Assembly (NCBI RefSeq): GCF_964355755.1
Contig: NC_092670.1
Span: 38,800,388-38,864,387, forward strand
Direction of reading: 5' to 3'
Source of the DNA: Antedon mediterranea
Lineage: Eukaryota; Animalia; Echinodermata
Length of the DNA: 64,000 nucleotides
The notes beneath the pieces were generated by a model. It did no database searches, was not told the DNA's origin, and saw only the letters and a list, made by a program, of their open reading frames with translations. The translations under genes and the position numbers were made by a program. Shown here piece after piece: positions 39,408 through 52,933 of this stretch. Each line of letters starts with the position of its first letter. The stretch's first letter is position 1.

Positions 39408-40244
39408 AGATGACAAATTTCGTTTTTGTAAAAGCACAAGTTAACGGAGTACTTACTCGAACGTTTCGATCTCTATCAGAGATCCTTCTCAACTGACTGC
39501 GGAGTGTTAATGCAGCTTGGTCATTCTTGACGTCATCTGTTGATGACGTTGTACGCCTCCGGTTGTAGGTTGGAGGTTGTGCGGGGCTCGGCCAGGTGAT
39601 GTGTCTATCAAATCATTGTACAAATGCGAGAGTTCGTGGGCTCCAGTGTCCCGGTTCATGGTCTTCTCTTTATTTCTCCTTATATGTAATGATTCTCTAA
39701 TCTGTCTGTCTTTGCGTTTAGGCTCTTTGGTTAAGATGGTAGCCTCCCAGTTCGGTACATGATTGTGTTTTATGACATGTTCTGTAATGGCAGATTTGTG
39801 TATGATCGAAGATGTGGATGTTCTGGAGGCCCTAGTCATTACTCCCCCCGTGTTTGTTGTAACATCTTTTTTGTGATCATTAATTCGTGTTTGTAATGCC
39901 CTCCCTGTTTCCCCAATGTAAACTTGTGGACAGTTGCGGCAGGTGACTTCGTAGATTACTCCACATGTATCCATCTTCTCGATTTTATCTTTTGGGTGGA
40001 CGAGGCTATTCTTGATTTTATTTTGGGGTAGGAAATAGGTTCCGACATTGTGATAGGAGAGAGTGCGTCGTATTCTTTCTGCCATTCCTTTTACATAGGG
40101 GATTCCTATGCTACCTCGCATCTTGATCTTTTCCTTCTGTGGTTCGTGTCCTTTGTTCTTTTTTCTTTTTCGGTTTTCCATAACTCTCTGGAAGGACCAC
40201 TCTGGATACTGGCAGTTGTGTAACGCTTTCTTGATGTTATCCAT
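39408..40244 (-). mobile_element. 5'-truncated Penelope-like retroelement (GIY-YIG endonuclease region plus 3' end)
   Basis: ORF 39507..40244 contains GVIYEVTCRNCPQVYIGETGR, SAITEH and RESLHI...MNRDTG; flanked by the 13-bp direct repeat CTACTTCCATATT (39395-39407 and 40245-40257). Confidence 0.92.
39452..39503 (-). ncRNA. Hammerhead-ribozyme-like motif in the Penelope 3' end
   Basis: Minus strand reads UUGAGAA-G-GAUCUCU-GAU-AGAGAUC-GAAACGUU: U3/A8 core variant, perfect 7-bp stem II, palindromic ACGU stem III; stem I is weak. Confidence 0.55.
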
Positions 40245-42366
40245 CTACTTCCATATTGGAATCACATTAACATAAGTAGGCTAAAGGGAAGCATGTTGAT
40301 TAGAATTGATCATCTTCAAAAACTATCGGAAATACCACCGGCTTGTAAAATAGGCATGTATTTAAAAGAGGCACTTTTCCAGATCCAGTTGCAGTACATA
40401 CATGGAAAAAAAAATTTTCTCGGTCATGAGCCCGGTCATGAGTCTAAGTAAGGCCTATCCCAAAATTTGAATCAGCATGACGTGGTGATATAGGAGACCA
40501 TATTCATTGAGAATCAAAACCACTATAGCAACAAGTATCTGTGTAACAAAATTAGGCCTATACGTCACCCGTGGAGGTCACACATCTTGCAGTTGAAATC
40601 AACAATCTTCAATTACTTATGAGTAAAAGTTCTGTCTACACTATAAAAAGTGTGATGTGCCAAAATATGGTAGTGATATCTAAATAATTAGCATATGATA
40701 TGACGTCATCGTGTCCATATATAGGCACATCACATTTTTTGTCACATTATTGCATAGTGTAGACAGAGCTTTAGTTTATAATATTATAGTTGATTAAAAA
40801 ATGTACGATCGGCGGACGAGACAGTGTAATGAATGAATGAATGAATGATAGGCTTACTGTATGATGAAAGGATCACCATGGAGATGAATGATGATGGTGG
40901 ATCCGGTGTTGGATGGAGAACAATCTATTTTAAGTGTTCCCATGGAACCGCTCTTCCGTCGATCCTCTGATAACTCAGCACCATTTCCAGGATAAAATTC
41001 AGTCATATGACGTGAAAAGTCTTTTGTACGAGAAATTAAAACTGTCACGAAATAAAAAACACATCGTAAATCATATTAAATTCAATTAATGTACAATTTT
41101 ATTTTACTTGTACAAATAATGTTTCACTTGTTACAAAAATATTTAATATGATTATGTGTAGGTCTAAATAGTATTTTTGTTCGTGAAAAGGCTGTTTTTC
41201 ATTAGGGAATGAAATATAATATGCGAATAGTATAGTAGAGGTCTTTATTTGCTTCTGAGATATAAATTTGGCAATTATTACCATATGACGCCTTGCCGTT
41301 TACATGGACGTATGTTAATATTGGTGGTTGTGGTTAACACGGCCATTTTAAGTTCATTATAAAGACCACATCGGATACTTTTTATTAATTTAGTCATTGT
41401 GTAAATTTCTCCTTGAGGGTGAACAACTGTTCGGTATCTAATGCTCTGTCTACACTATCAAACTGGTTTGATTTTACCAAAAAAGTGTGATGTGCCCAAA
41501 TATGGTAGTAATGACATCAGCGTGACCATATGGGCACATCACATTTTTTGTTACATAAAGTTTGATAGTAGACAGAACTTTCAATATCGTATGTGCGGTA
41601 TATCAAAGTGTGATGTTTTATCATTGACATTGTATTGTACAAAATGATTTAGCAAATTATTGTATTGATATCATATTACAATACCAATATCGAAACTCAT
41701 TCAGAGAGCCGACAAGCAAACCGTGTACACTGGTAATAAAAGGCAATGCCACTGACCTATTAAATATAAACGCCCGTTCTTAAGCTCTGTCTACACTATC
41801 AAACTTAGTTTGACAACAAAAGTGTGATATGCCCAAATATGGTAGTGATATGCTCAAATATGGTAATCATCATGTCCATGCGTTTCACATTTATAAAAAG
41901 TTTTATAGTGAAAGGGATTAGAATATGTCACGGCATTTGTTTGTTTTGTAGTATTTAAATTTTAATATACGACTGTAAAATTTAATTTAAATTACCAAGT
42001 TTTACTCATTGGTGAGATAATCCCGTAGGTTCAATGGTTCAGTTTATATCTTTATCTTGTTTTAAGTAGATCGAAAGTCGTAACAACTTGCTATAATATG
42101 ATATTATTTACTCTTGGGGTCCTTCAAGCCATATTTTAATCCCTCAAATCGTATCGAGAATGTGTAGAAGCTGAGAAGCCAAGTTTTCCGTAACGTCAAC
42201 AGCTCTTCTGCTTAGCTCTAATTTTGGCTATAGTCCAGATAAGACTTACTGACGAACAAGTGTCGTTATATACAGGTTAACCGCTAACAGGTTAGGTGCT
42301 AAGGTTAAAAGAAGATTGTAAACATGGAAATGATGCAGCCATCGTCAGAGCATATTGTTATTATAT

Positions 42367-42576
42367 CAATAATCAATAATAATAATAATCACTAATAATA
42401 ATAATCAATAATAATAATTATCAATAATAATAACAATCAATAATAATAATAATCAATAATAATAACAATCAATATTAATAATAATCAATAATAATAGGGG
42501 CCTAATAATCAATAATAATAATAATCAATAATAATAATAATAATCAATAATAATAATAATCAATAATAATAATAAT
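42367..42576. repeat. (AAT)n/AATC compound microsatellite
   Basis: Direct inspection. Confidence 0.95.
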
Positions 42577-42654
42577 AGAGAGATGCCTCTTGAATAGGAA
42601 TAGGAATTGGTCGTGGTGTGAAATATGTATTTTTCTCCAATTCAGTTGACGCGT

Positions 42655-42775
42655 TACGCAATGTGTTGGGTTACTGATCGTGAGATCGTGGTTCGAATCC
42701 AACTCATTGCTTGCATCCTTAGACAAGACACTTACATTTGCCTCCCCACCCAGGTGTATAAATACCGATACCGGT
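42655..42775 (+). mobile_element. Degenerate tRNA-derived SINE of a second family
   Basis: B box GGTTCGAATCC followed by TCCTTAGACAAGACACTT...CACCCAGGTGTATAAAT, a motif common in metazoan SINE cores. Confidence 0.55.
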
Positions 42776-43879
42776 TTGATCAAGACACAACTTTGCGCTG
42801 ATTACTAGCTGCATTATTATGGGAGTATGTTTCCATACGTGTTTGATCCAAAAAATTACTGGGCCAATAATGTGCAGCTACATGCGCATAAGAATAAACT
42901 ATATATTTCAATTCATAGCAAAGGAAGTTTGCCCTAAATAGGGATGTTCCACCGGTATCAGAGAAACGAAACAAATAGTTATCAATTTATAGAATTGTTA
43001 CTTTAACGACTGTGTAACAGAGAATTGTGGTTAAGGGTATCTGAACATGTGTTCGTGTGATCTGTAAATCCGGAATTAAAATATTTGTTTATTCACGGAA
43101 TCTTTAGTGATTTTATTTGTGTTTTTAAATAGTGGTTAATAATGCGGTAAAATGTATTGTTTACATAAAATAGTTGTAAACGTAGGCCTATGTTTAGACC
43201 AATTTCTAAGCTTTGAAAATGTCTTGGGTCGATGCTTTCACAATATTGTTGATTAATTCGTCATTTAGACAAATTATACTTTTAACTCTCGACAATATCA
43301 TATTTTGTATGATATTTAGAGAACCCCTATTAAGAGGCACTTCGAGACTCGACAAAGTGTCCTCAATATTAAGGGTCGATCCATTGACAGTAAACATGCC
43401 TATTTCCCATTCGTGTTCACATGAAAGTGTCCTAATAGAGGGGTTTACGTGTATATTTCAATAAATGGAGGGGTTTACGTGTATATTTCAATAAAGGATT
43501 GAATCATATTCCATATTATAACAGCTTACATGTAGCATTATACATTATGATTATTATTATTGTAGATATTGTAACCATAATTATTATTTTTCTAGCGCAA
43601 GGTCTTCGAGCTTTCATTTTTGTGTAGCCAGGATTTGATGTTATAGAAGGATTAAATAGCGGTTGCCTTGTAGTCGTGTCGCGCATTAAAATATTGTTAT
43701 GGAAAATAATATCGACTGCAATAATAAAAATAAATTTTACAGCACAGAAATCGATTAGCGTATTGTTGGTATAAGTACAGTATAAGAAGGTAACAAACAA
43801 TGGCCTGGTTATTGTACGATTTTGATTAAGGACATCATGAATGCATCATATTATATGGTAATGATTTCGACTATGAGTA

Positions 43880-44560
43880 TTATGATGATGACGTGACGAC
43901 GAGAGGTTGATGACGAAATATGATGATGACGATAAGGACAATGATACCGATAAAGATTATAACGACAACGATAAGAATGGTGACGACGACGAATAATGAT
44001 GACGATAAAGATTATGACAACAACGATAAGAATGGTGACGACGTCGATAAGGAATAATGACGATAAAGATTATGACGATATTATGATGTCGATGATAAGG
44101 ACGACAATGAAAGAATGGTGGAGGACGACGTTAAGAAATAATGATGATGATGATTATGACGACGACGATGAGATGACGACGACGATAAGAATGATGACAA
44201 CGACGTTAGGACAATGATAACGATAAGGATTATGACGAAGGCGATGAAATAATGATGACGATAAGGATTATGATGATGACGATATGATTGTGACGACGAC
44301 GATCAGGAAGAATGATGATAAGAATTGTGAAGACGACAATAAAGAATGGTGACCACGATCAGAATGACGATGATAAGAATTGTGAAGACGACAATAAAGA
44401 ATGGTGACCACGATCAGAAAGACGATAAGAATTGTGAAGACGACAATAAAGAATGGTGACCACGATCAGGATGACGATGATAAGAATTGTGAAGACGACA
44501 ATAAAGAATGGTGACCACGATCAGGAAGAATGATGATTGGTACGAACCGACGCTAGTACG
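43880..44560. repeat. GAC/GAT-rich low-complexity tract ending in about four units of 52-55 bp
   Basis: GATAAGAATTGTGAAGACGACAATAAAGAATGGTGACCACGATCAG recurs at about 44316-44525. Confidence 0.85.
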
Positions 44561-47500
44561 ACGACTGATTGCTGAGTTTGTTTATATATTGTTATTATTA
44601 GTGTTGAACTTCATTATAGTAATTGCTACTCTCACTTATTATAAACCGTTTAAGCAGCCTGCATAGCGGCTGGCAAGCGGAATGCATAAACTCGTTAATT
44701 GGATCTCAGACCTCTTATCACATTGCCGAAAGCGACCTAGCTTAGCAGCACTAGCAAACAAGTTCAAAAACAAAATAATGTTCGCACGAAGAACAATTCA
44801 GTTGTGATAAAAGCATAAATGAGCAATATTTCGTCTGCAAATCGCGCGATAAACATAACGTAATGACTTATATAGGCTGCCTACAATATTGATCATTTTG
44901 TATAAAACCTGACAAGAGTCAATGTTTATGCGGGTTTTGTAATTTATGTTCACAAAGTTTTTAAATGCAAAAACTTTGTTAAAATACCGTATATGTTATG
45001 TTTGGTTAAAATTATGTCCATTTTTTAATAGATATTTCTAATTAATTTCATTGACATTAACCACATGAAATCCACCAGAGGTGGTACGTTGAAACAATGT
45101 GTTCGGTGTATAGAGGATAGGAAGGAAACGTTTATTTACAAAACAATTTTCTCAGCAGATTAAAATCAATGCCCAAGGCATCTTCAAAAAGTGATTAAGG
45201 TAGAATATACTAGACACAATTCATCAGGACCAGAGCACCTTCTCACTAACTTTTAAGAATAAACTTGGTTTCCACTAGAGACGTAACGCAAAAACGTAGA
45301 CGCAACGCAAGCGTGTTGACCAAATGAAAATCGACAGTTCAAATAATCCATCGCTTGGGATTGGTCAAACGTAACGCAAGGACGTAAACGCAACGCAAGC
45401 GTTTTAAACAATGACAAGCGAAGTTATAGACAGTTAGCAATCATAAGCGAATAAGCCATCGCTTGTGATTGGTCAATTCACTTACGTTGCGTTACGTCCT
45501 TGTGTTGCGTCGCTAGTGGGAACCACGCTGTACGTTGCGTTACGTCCTTGTGTTGCGTCGCTAGTGGGAACCACGCTGTACGTTGCGTTACGTCCTTGTG
45601 CTGCGTCTCTAGTGGGAACCAAGCATTAGTAAGTAGTGTATACTCTCGTGTTCCTTTGGGACATTGTTATTTGTTCTCCTTTGAATTTTATTGTTTGTTT
45701 TGTAGTCACTCATCTAGTTGTTAGTATTGAATCTCGTCTAACAATCTGACTAAATAATACCGTTCATAACAAATAGGCCTACGCGTTCGTCAGAATGTCT
45801 TTTGCTTGGAGACAGAATACAGAATATTTATTGGCCAAAAAAGGAAATTCGTTTTGTTGGCAAGCTTAAACAATAATATAAAAAAGTGATGAATACAAAA
45901 ATACAAGTGTAAAATATAACATATTAAAATACGAATATAGGCCTACATCCAACATACACAAATATAAAAATCACTCGTTTTCTGCTTGTTAATTTTTTTG
46001 TTGTCAAAACAATAATAAAAATTGATGTAATAGTATAGCCGGCCCTGTGTGTAGAGGCATCAGGCATAGAGATATGATAGTTCAGTTATAATGTCTCTAT
46101 GGTGTTAGGTAGGTTTAGTAGGCTTCTGTTGTGTTTTGCCAACAAGGAAAATAATACTGTACAATAAGTTGAAATTCAACATTGTTGGTGGTAAGTATAT
46201 ACAGAGGAAATTTATTGTCGGATTGCCGGAATTTGGGTTCATTAAACAGGATGGATCCATACTATTCAATTGCTATTGTGTGAACATCCCTCTACACAAG
46301 TACGGCACGATACCAACGTATCTATTCACAATCGAATCAACAACTGTCTTTCTCATGGCATGGCATACACGTATACAACTACTCTTGCCCAACAAGTCTG
46401 TAGTTTTCGATTTTTTGTCTGAATGAGCTCAATAATAATTATAACTTGGATTGACGCTTCTGCAACAGCGGCACAAACCAAATGGTAGTGCATCCTAACT
46501 AAATATAAACATTACTTATTATAATAAAATATAATTATATATAAAAAATATAAATACTGTATATTTATTATACGTATGAAACGCCATGTGCCAAAATATT
46601 TTAAAAAATAAATAAATTTCAGTCTCGAACCTAGACTTATAGGATACAACAAGTATTTCTAACCGTGGGTGGTGGGAAGTGCCGTATTGCTCAAAAAACG
46701 ATAATTTTTCTATGGAATAAACATGGATTACCACGAAAAATGTTGATTACCAGTAGGGAGGTCCTACCATATGTGGTTTTACATTGGAGGAGAAGCTGGT
46801 AGTGTATCAATAACACGAATCACCATGATCGATAATACTACAAGTAATTGCACATAATTGGAATAAATTGTGAATACGAGTATGGCACGCCACTCATTTT
46901 TCGCATGATGGCCGAAACTTTATAGAAATAGCGTTAAACCGGTAAAAATTGCACTGATTGTTATTAATACGTTAATAATATACCATTTGTTATAGTTCAC
47001 AATGCGAATAAAGCATCCTTTCACTCATATTTTAATGGGCTTTATGAAAATCATAATTAAACAAACATTGTTTTGTGCTTAAAAATGCGATCATATTATC
47101 GAAAGAGAGATTAGAATACTGGTGGCAAAAAATAGTTATCTCCTGGTAACTTAAAAAAAATATCTGTATGTGAAAAAAATGTCGTATCACTACCATATTT
47201 GGGGATATCACTACCATATTTGGGTACATCAGAGCTTTAGTCACGCTACTATCAAACTTTACCGTACGTGACAACAGAATGTGATGTCCCATATATGGAC
47301 ACGATAATGTCATATAACTACCATATTTGAGAATATCACACTTTTTGTTGTCGAACTAGTTTGATAGTGTAGACAGATCTTTACATATCACACAATGGGT
47401 ATTAGGTATGTACTATGTACTTGGAATTTGATTGCCTTTAATTTTACGTGGAATATCAGCATTGCAGGCGCGCCAATTGTTCATAATCTAATAATCTTTT

Positions 47501-49559
47501 TATGATACAATTATTACAACACGGCATTTCAACGTGTGGAGTTATTAAACAATGGGATGAACTATCAACTATTGACTTCTTCGGTGTAATATTGTATAAT
47601 AAAACTTATACAATATAATATAGATAAGGTCATGCATTCAAATTATAATATGCTTCAAATAATAATTCGTTTTCCTGAATTTGTTCATTGTTATTCAATA
47701 GATCACATCAGCTAAATTCTCAATACTATTGTATACTACTTTTGAGTCTATTACAAATTTCTTCAGTGTTCTCTCGAAGCAGGGTTTTCCAGTAAGATTT
47801 GCCGATTTAAAGTGGCTCCAACTGGTATTCAAAATGGAGTAAGACAATTATACTTATCTATTAGTGGCAGGTTAGGCCTTGCCATTTTTAGGTTTGTTGG
47901 GGTTTAGCATACATAAGAACACTGCAAATTGATGTGCCCAAATATGGTAGTGATATGCTCAAATATGGTAGTGATATGACATCATCATGTCCAAATTTGG
48001 GCACATCACATTTTTTTTGTCACATAAAGCTTGATAGTGTAGACAGAGCTACGGTACCAGGGAAGAGTAAGTATTAATATTACTCAGTCCTGGGTCCACC
48101 CACAATGGAGGATATCCTTCACACAATTCACTAATAAGATTATTAAAATGCTGACGTAACGGCATCCTACACAAGAAACGTATTCTCTTCTTTTTGACAA
48201 CAAAATAAAGAACATTTCACACTGATTTTTCACAGTTCAATTATAATTATTTCTATCTTAATTAATAAATAGAAATACAATATGATCGCTAAGCAATTAC
48301 AAAGTGCAAATTTAGATACATTTTATGATTTTTACATCTCACAAAAATATATTCTCATATACAATCATCTTAATTCCTGTACATATGTGTTTATATTATA
48401 CTTTTACTGTTAATCATCCTAGAGGAAACATTTAGATCAACCAACAAGTTATAGTCCTGTTCACACTACTGGTACATGACTGGTAGAGTATACCAATCAT
48501 TTAGACTCTGTTCACACTACAGTACATTTACAATTTTAATTTTTGCACTACTGTACTTTATTTTGAATACTGTAATATTTGGGCACATCACACTTTTTTT
48601 GTCAAACTAGTTTGATAGTGTAGACAGAGCTTAATAGGTACAACCATTATGTTTTTGTTATTTCTCAAAACATGCAGCAATGATTTACTGTATTTTATTA
48701 ATCATCAGATGATCAGCAAATTTATTTGTTAAAAATACAGATTTATTTAAAGATAACAGGTGGTAGGCAGTAAGAACAATTACAATAAAATATTTCAAAT
48801 ATAAAAAGTCTTTGAATTATCTTTGAAACTCTGAATTATAGTACAGTAAATACAAATGCATTAACATTATAAGAACACCTATGGTTTTAGAATACACTAT
48901 TGTAAAAGTAAACTTTTCTTTTGAACATCAAAATGTGATGGTTGAATGACATGACAATTATTTTTTTCATTAAAAAATTTAATTTAACTTTTTCACTAAA
49001 AACTGATTTACAAGGCACTTTGAATCTTTGTTTTACAGTTAAATTTACCATTAATTGGTCTGCATAGAAAATTTAATTTCAATCACGGCAAACTATGAAA
49101 ATGTATTAACGCAAATTGTCAAATATGTGTGACTGTCTTACTTCCTAAAATATTACAAATCACATTAAAGGTGTTCACATATTCCTAAATGTTTAACATT
49201 AATGTTTTTCAAATTAACTATGTTATTTCAAAACAGAGTTTGCATTAATTAAAATCTTAACTATTCACTTAAAGATTGACCAATCAAAATGACAATTGTG
49301 GTTAAAGTGGGTGACATTTCATAGAATTGATGAGTCATTAATGACATTAGTGTTTTAATTACAATCACTATACTGTCATCTGTAAAGCTATGTCTACACT
49401 ATCAAAACAAATGTGTTGTGCCCACATTTGGTAGTGATGACATCATCATGTCCATGGGCACACAACATTTTTTTTTTGCGCCACATAAAGTTTGATAGTG
49501 TTGACAGAGCTTTAGTCACATGGATTGTAAACTGGACAATACTATCATTGTTATCAATG

Positions 49560-50175
49560 TCAATAATGAATCATGTTACAGTACACAGTATAGCATACTG
49601 TACAGTACATTAATGAATCATGTTACAGTATACTGTACAGTACAAAGCAGTAAATTAATGAATCATGTTACAGTATACTGTACAGTACAAAGCAGTATAT
49701 TAATGAATCATGTTACAGTATACTGTACAGTACAAAGCAGTAAATTAATGAATCATGTTACAGTATACTGTACAGTACAAAGCAGTACTTTAATGAATCA
49801 TGTTACAGTACACAGTATAATTGTACACAGTATAAAGCCGTACATTAATAAATCATGTTACAGTACACAATATACTGTACAGTACAAAGCCGTACATTAA
49901 TGAATCATGTTACATTATACTGTTACACAGTACAAAGCAGTACTTTAATGAATCATGTTACATTATACTGTTACACAGTACAAAGCAGTACTTTAATGAA
50001 TCATGTTACAATACATAGTATAATTGTAAACAGTATAAAGCCGTACATTAATAAATCACAGTACACAGTATACTGTACAGTACAAAGCAGTACATTAATG
50101 AATCAATCATGTTACAGTACACAGTATAGCATATGATATTGTACAGTACAAGGTATAGCATTCAGTACAAAGCAG
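49560..50175. repeat. Minisatellite of about 46-48 bp (TTAATGAATCATGTTACAGTATACTGTACAGTACAAAGCAGTA)
   Basis: About a dozen imperfect tandem units. Confidence 0.9.
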
Positions 50176-50624
50176 TTCAAGATATTAATCTACTGTGTAC
50201 TGCACCTTAAAAACTTAATTGTTATCAGTTACATGTTTCACATGACATCATGTTTCTCCTTACACTACCACAAGAACTTGTTACAATTATCATCACTGTT
50301 ATCAATTATAAACTAGACATGTCAGTGAATCCAAATACCACAATGTAATATTAACTACAGCAGGTTATTCACCCAAACCACACCTTCATCTAATCTTAGA
50401 CAGACAACATATTAATGGTTGAACCTAGAGGTTAACCAGAGATTTAATGGTTAATCAACCCATCAAATTTTACCTTACAAGTTGCTATATTTGCAAGCGC
50501 TTGTTTGTAGATTTAAACACAGTCAAACTTATGTGACAAAAATGTAATGTGCCCATTTATTGACATGATGATGTCATATCACTACCGTATTTGGGAAAAT
50601 CACACTTTTTTTTGTAGACAGAGC

Positions 50625-51009
50625 TTTAAAGACACTTTACCTAGGTTTTTTTTAAATCTAATTTAAGTTCACAAACCCACTGCATTTTATGTAAAATTAA
50701 ATACTATATGGACTGTATTCAGATAATCTTTAAGCTGTTAAAAATACGTCAATATAGCTAGGATACGACCATTCATACATTACCGTTGAAATCTATCAGT
50801 ACTATCGCTGTTACAGTGGGTAGGCCTAAAAAAAATCATGAGTAAATACAGTAGACTAGGCCTAAAGCTCTGTGTACACGAGGATATTGTACTGTATTTT
50901 TTATCGTAATTAACTATAAAACATACAAGGAATGACATGGTTTAAATATTTTTAAAGTAAATGCAGTATTTTTAAAAAACGTCAAAAAATGCAGGAAAAG
51001 TGTCTTTAA
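50625..51009. mobile_element. TTAA-flanked element with AGACACTTT termini
   Basis: TTAAAGACACTTT ... AAAGTGTCTTTAA inverted ends. Confidence 0.5.
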
Positions 51010-52309
51010 GTTGAACATTGTGTGATCTGTAAATTATCTTAAGCTCTGTGTACACTATCAAACAAGTTTAACAAAAAATGTGTGATGTACCCAAATATGG
51101 TAGTGATATGCACACATGTACATATATGGACACACCACATTTTTTTGTCATATAAAGTTTGGTAGTGTAGACAATTTTGATAAAGCCCAGTGAATACATA
51201 CTACTGTATTAATAGTATTGTACATTTACTTTGACAATTCAGTGCATACAAATCTACATAATGTTATGATAATCATAAAATGTGTTTTTAATCAAGGCAT
51301 TTGTGTTTGTTGGCAGTGGTATCATAAACAAACTGTACATATGTATATATTCATTTAAAGCTACTGTATTTTATAGTTTATATTGGAATGCTTTCATTGG
51401 ATACCATTTTCGCCACCAACTTTGATTTACAATGGAAATAATTAAGAATTAACTTTATTTTTATTTTTATACAAAATACTGTGTATTGATAAGTTTTAAA
51501 TGAACAACAACATTAATAAAAATTCTATTACAACTTTTTATACACAATATGAATGTGTAAAAACTAAAACTTGTAAAAAATTTCTTAAATTAATAAAGTT
51601 CTTAAAACTAAATATAGTTGAATTACCATGAATTAACATTTGTAACAGGGTCTGTAACTAAAAACACATTTTTAAATTAAGTTTTTAATATGTTGTACCA
51701 ACTCAATAAAATAAACTTACTGTAGACTTAAAGGAGACCAAAGTGTATTTATAAGGTCGTCTCTCTAACCCCAGAGCACATTTCTGAAAACACTACTGTA
51801 CTACAGCATTCTGTATGTTAGAGAATCTAACAGATGCCTAGGTTAGTGTTTGCCATCATTTTATTCCTATGATGTCTGAGCGCATGAATCAAAGTATTGC
51901 ACCTGGTGGGTAGAATTCAACTGCACAGACATTTGGTCATTCTTTTTGTCATAGATTAATAGTACTGATATAAATGCATACAAACTTCACATTTCTCTGT
52001 CAAAATCTATCGGGTATAATTGACAGAGAAAAAGAAGGGGGGGGGGGGGGCGTTAATATCAATCTGGTTTAAATTCCATGTTTCTTTGCCAAAATCTTTC
52101 AGGTATAATGGAGAGAAAAAAAAAGGGGTGTTCACAACAATCTGGTTTAAATTCCTTCTTTCTTTGCCAAAATCTATCAGGTACTGTATAATGGAGAGAT
52201 AAAAAAGGGGGCACATCAATGTCTTAAATTCCATAATGTAAACACATGTTTGTACAGACTATCTTCAACTGGTCAATGGACCAAATTTGGTGTTGGTTTG
52301 AACACAGCT

Positions 52310-52933
52310 TTAACAGGATGATTCATTAAACATTATCCTAGCAATAACTGCATCATCATCCTCCTCCTCCTCATTGTCAATCTCATCTATCATTGGTATA
52401 ACTAAATCTCCCCCGGTAAAACTTGTATTAGCGCCAACCACTGGAACATCCAGTTTGTTATCGTTTGATATCGATTCTCCGTTTGGTTGTTGCGGATTTA
52501 CAATAAAATCAATTCCAGATGCACGCAGTAAAGGTTTTTGCGAACAATTTGACGGGCTTAATTTTAAACGTCCTCGGCCCGGTGACAGCACAGCTTCATC
52601 TACATTGTTAGCAGTCTTTGTATGTCGACGTCGTTTACAGAAATAACAAATTAAAAAAATAAATAAAATAAGTAGTATTATCACAAGTCCTATTATTAAT
52701 CCAAATATCTTCGCGTCAGGTAAATTTCCAGTAACCGTATCAACGTTCTTAGTAAATGATGTACTAGGTGGATTGCTACTAGCAGTGCCACTAATAATAC
52801 TAGGAAATTTTGATGTAGGCTTTGGTGGGATTGGTGGTAGGCTCGCACTAAATTTCGGTGGTGGTTCAGAACATGTACATTTTAGCCCACTTCTACCTAC
52901 ATCCCAACAATGCTGCGGTCGTTGTAGAGACAT
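52310..52933 (-). CDS. Uncharacterised single-pass membrane protein, 207 aa (Cys motif, Pro/Ser/Thr stalk, TM, basic stop-transfer, acidic tail)
   Basis: Intact 624-nt ORF in AT-rich DNA; TM IFGLIIGLVIILLILFIFLICYFC followed by KRRRH; no signal peptide. Confidence 0.8.
   Translation of the reverse strand: MSLQRPQHCWDVGRSGLKCTCSEPPPKFSASLPPIPPKPTSKFPSIISGTASSNPPSTSFTKNVDTVTGNLPDAKIFGLIIGLVIILLILFIFLICYFCKRRRHTKTANNVDEAVLSPGRGRLKLSPSNCSQKPLLRASGIDFIVNPQQPNGESISNDNKLDVPVVGANTSFTGGDLVIPMIDEIDNEEEEDDDAVIARIMFNESSC

Noticed and set aside
43996-44217. Asp/Thr/Met-rich ORF
   Set aside because: Part of a GAC/GAT low-complexity repeat tract with no splice or homology support.
49413-50136. ORFs with LMNHVTVYCTVQSS repeats
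   Set aside because: Minisatellite translation; unit lengths vary and frames break.
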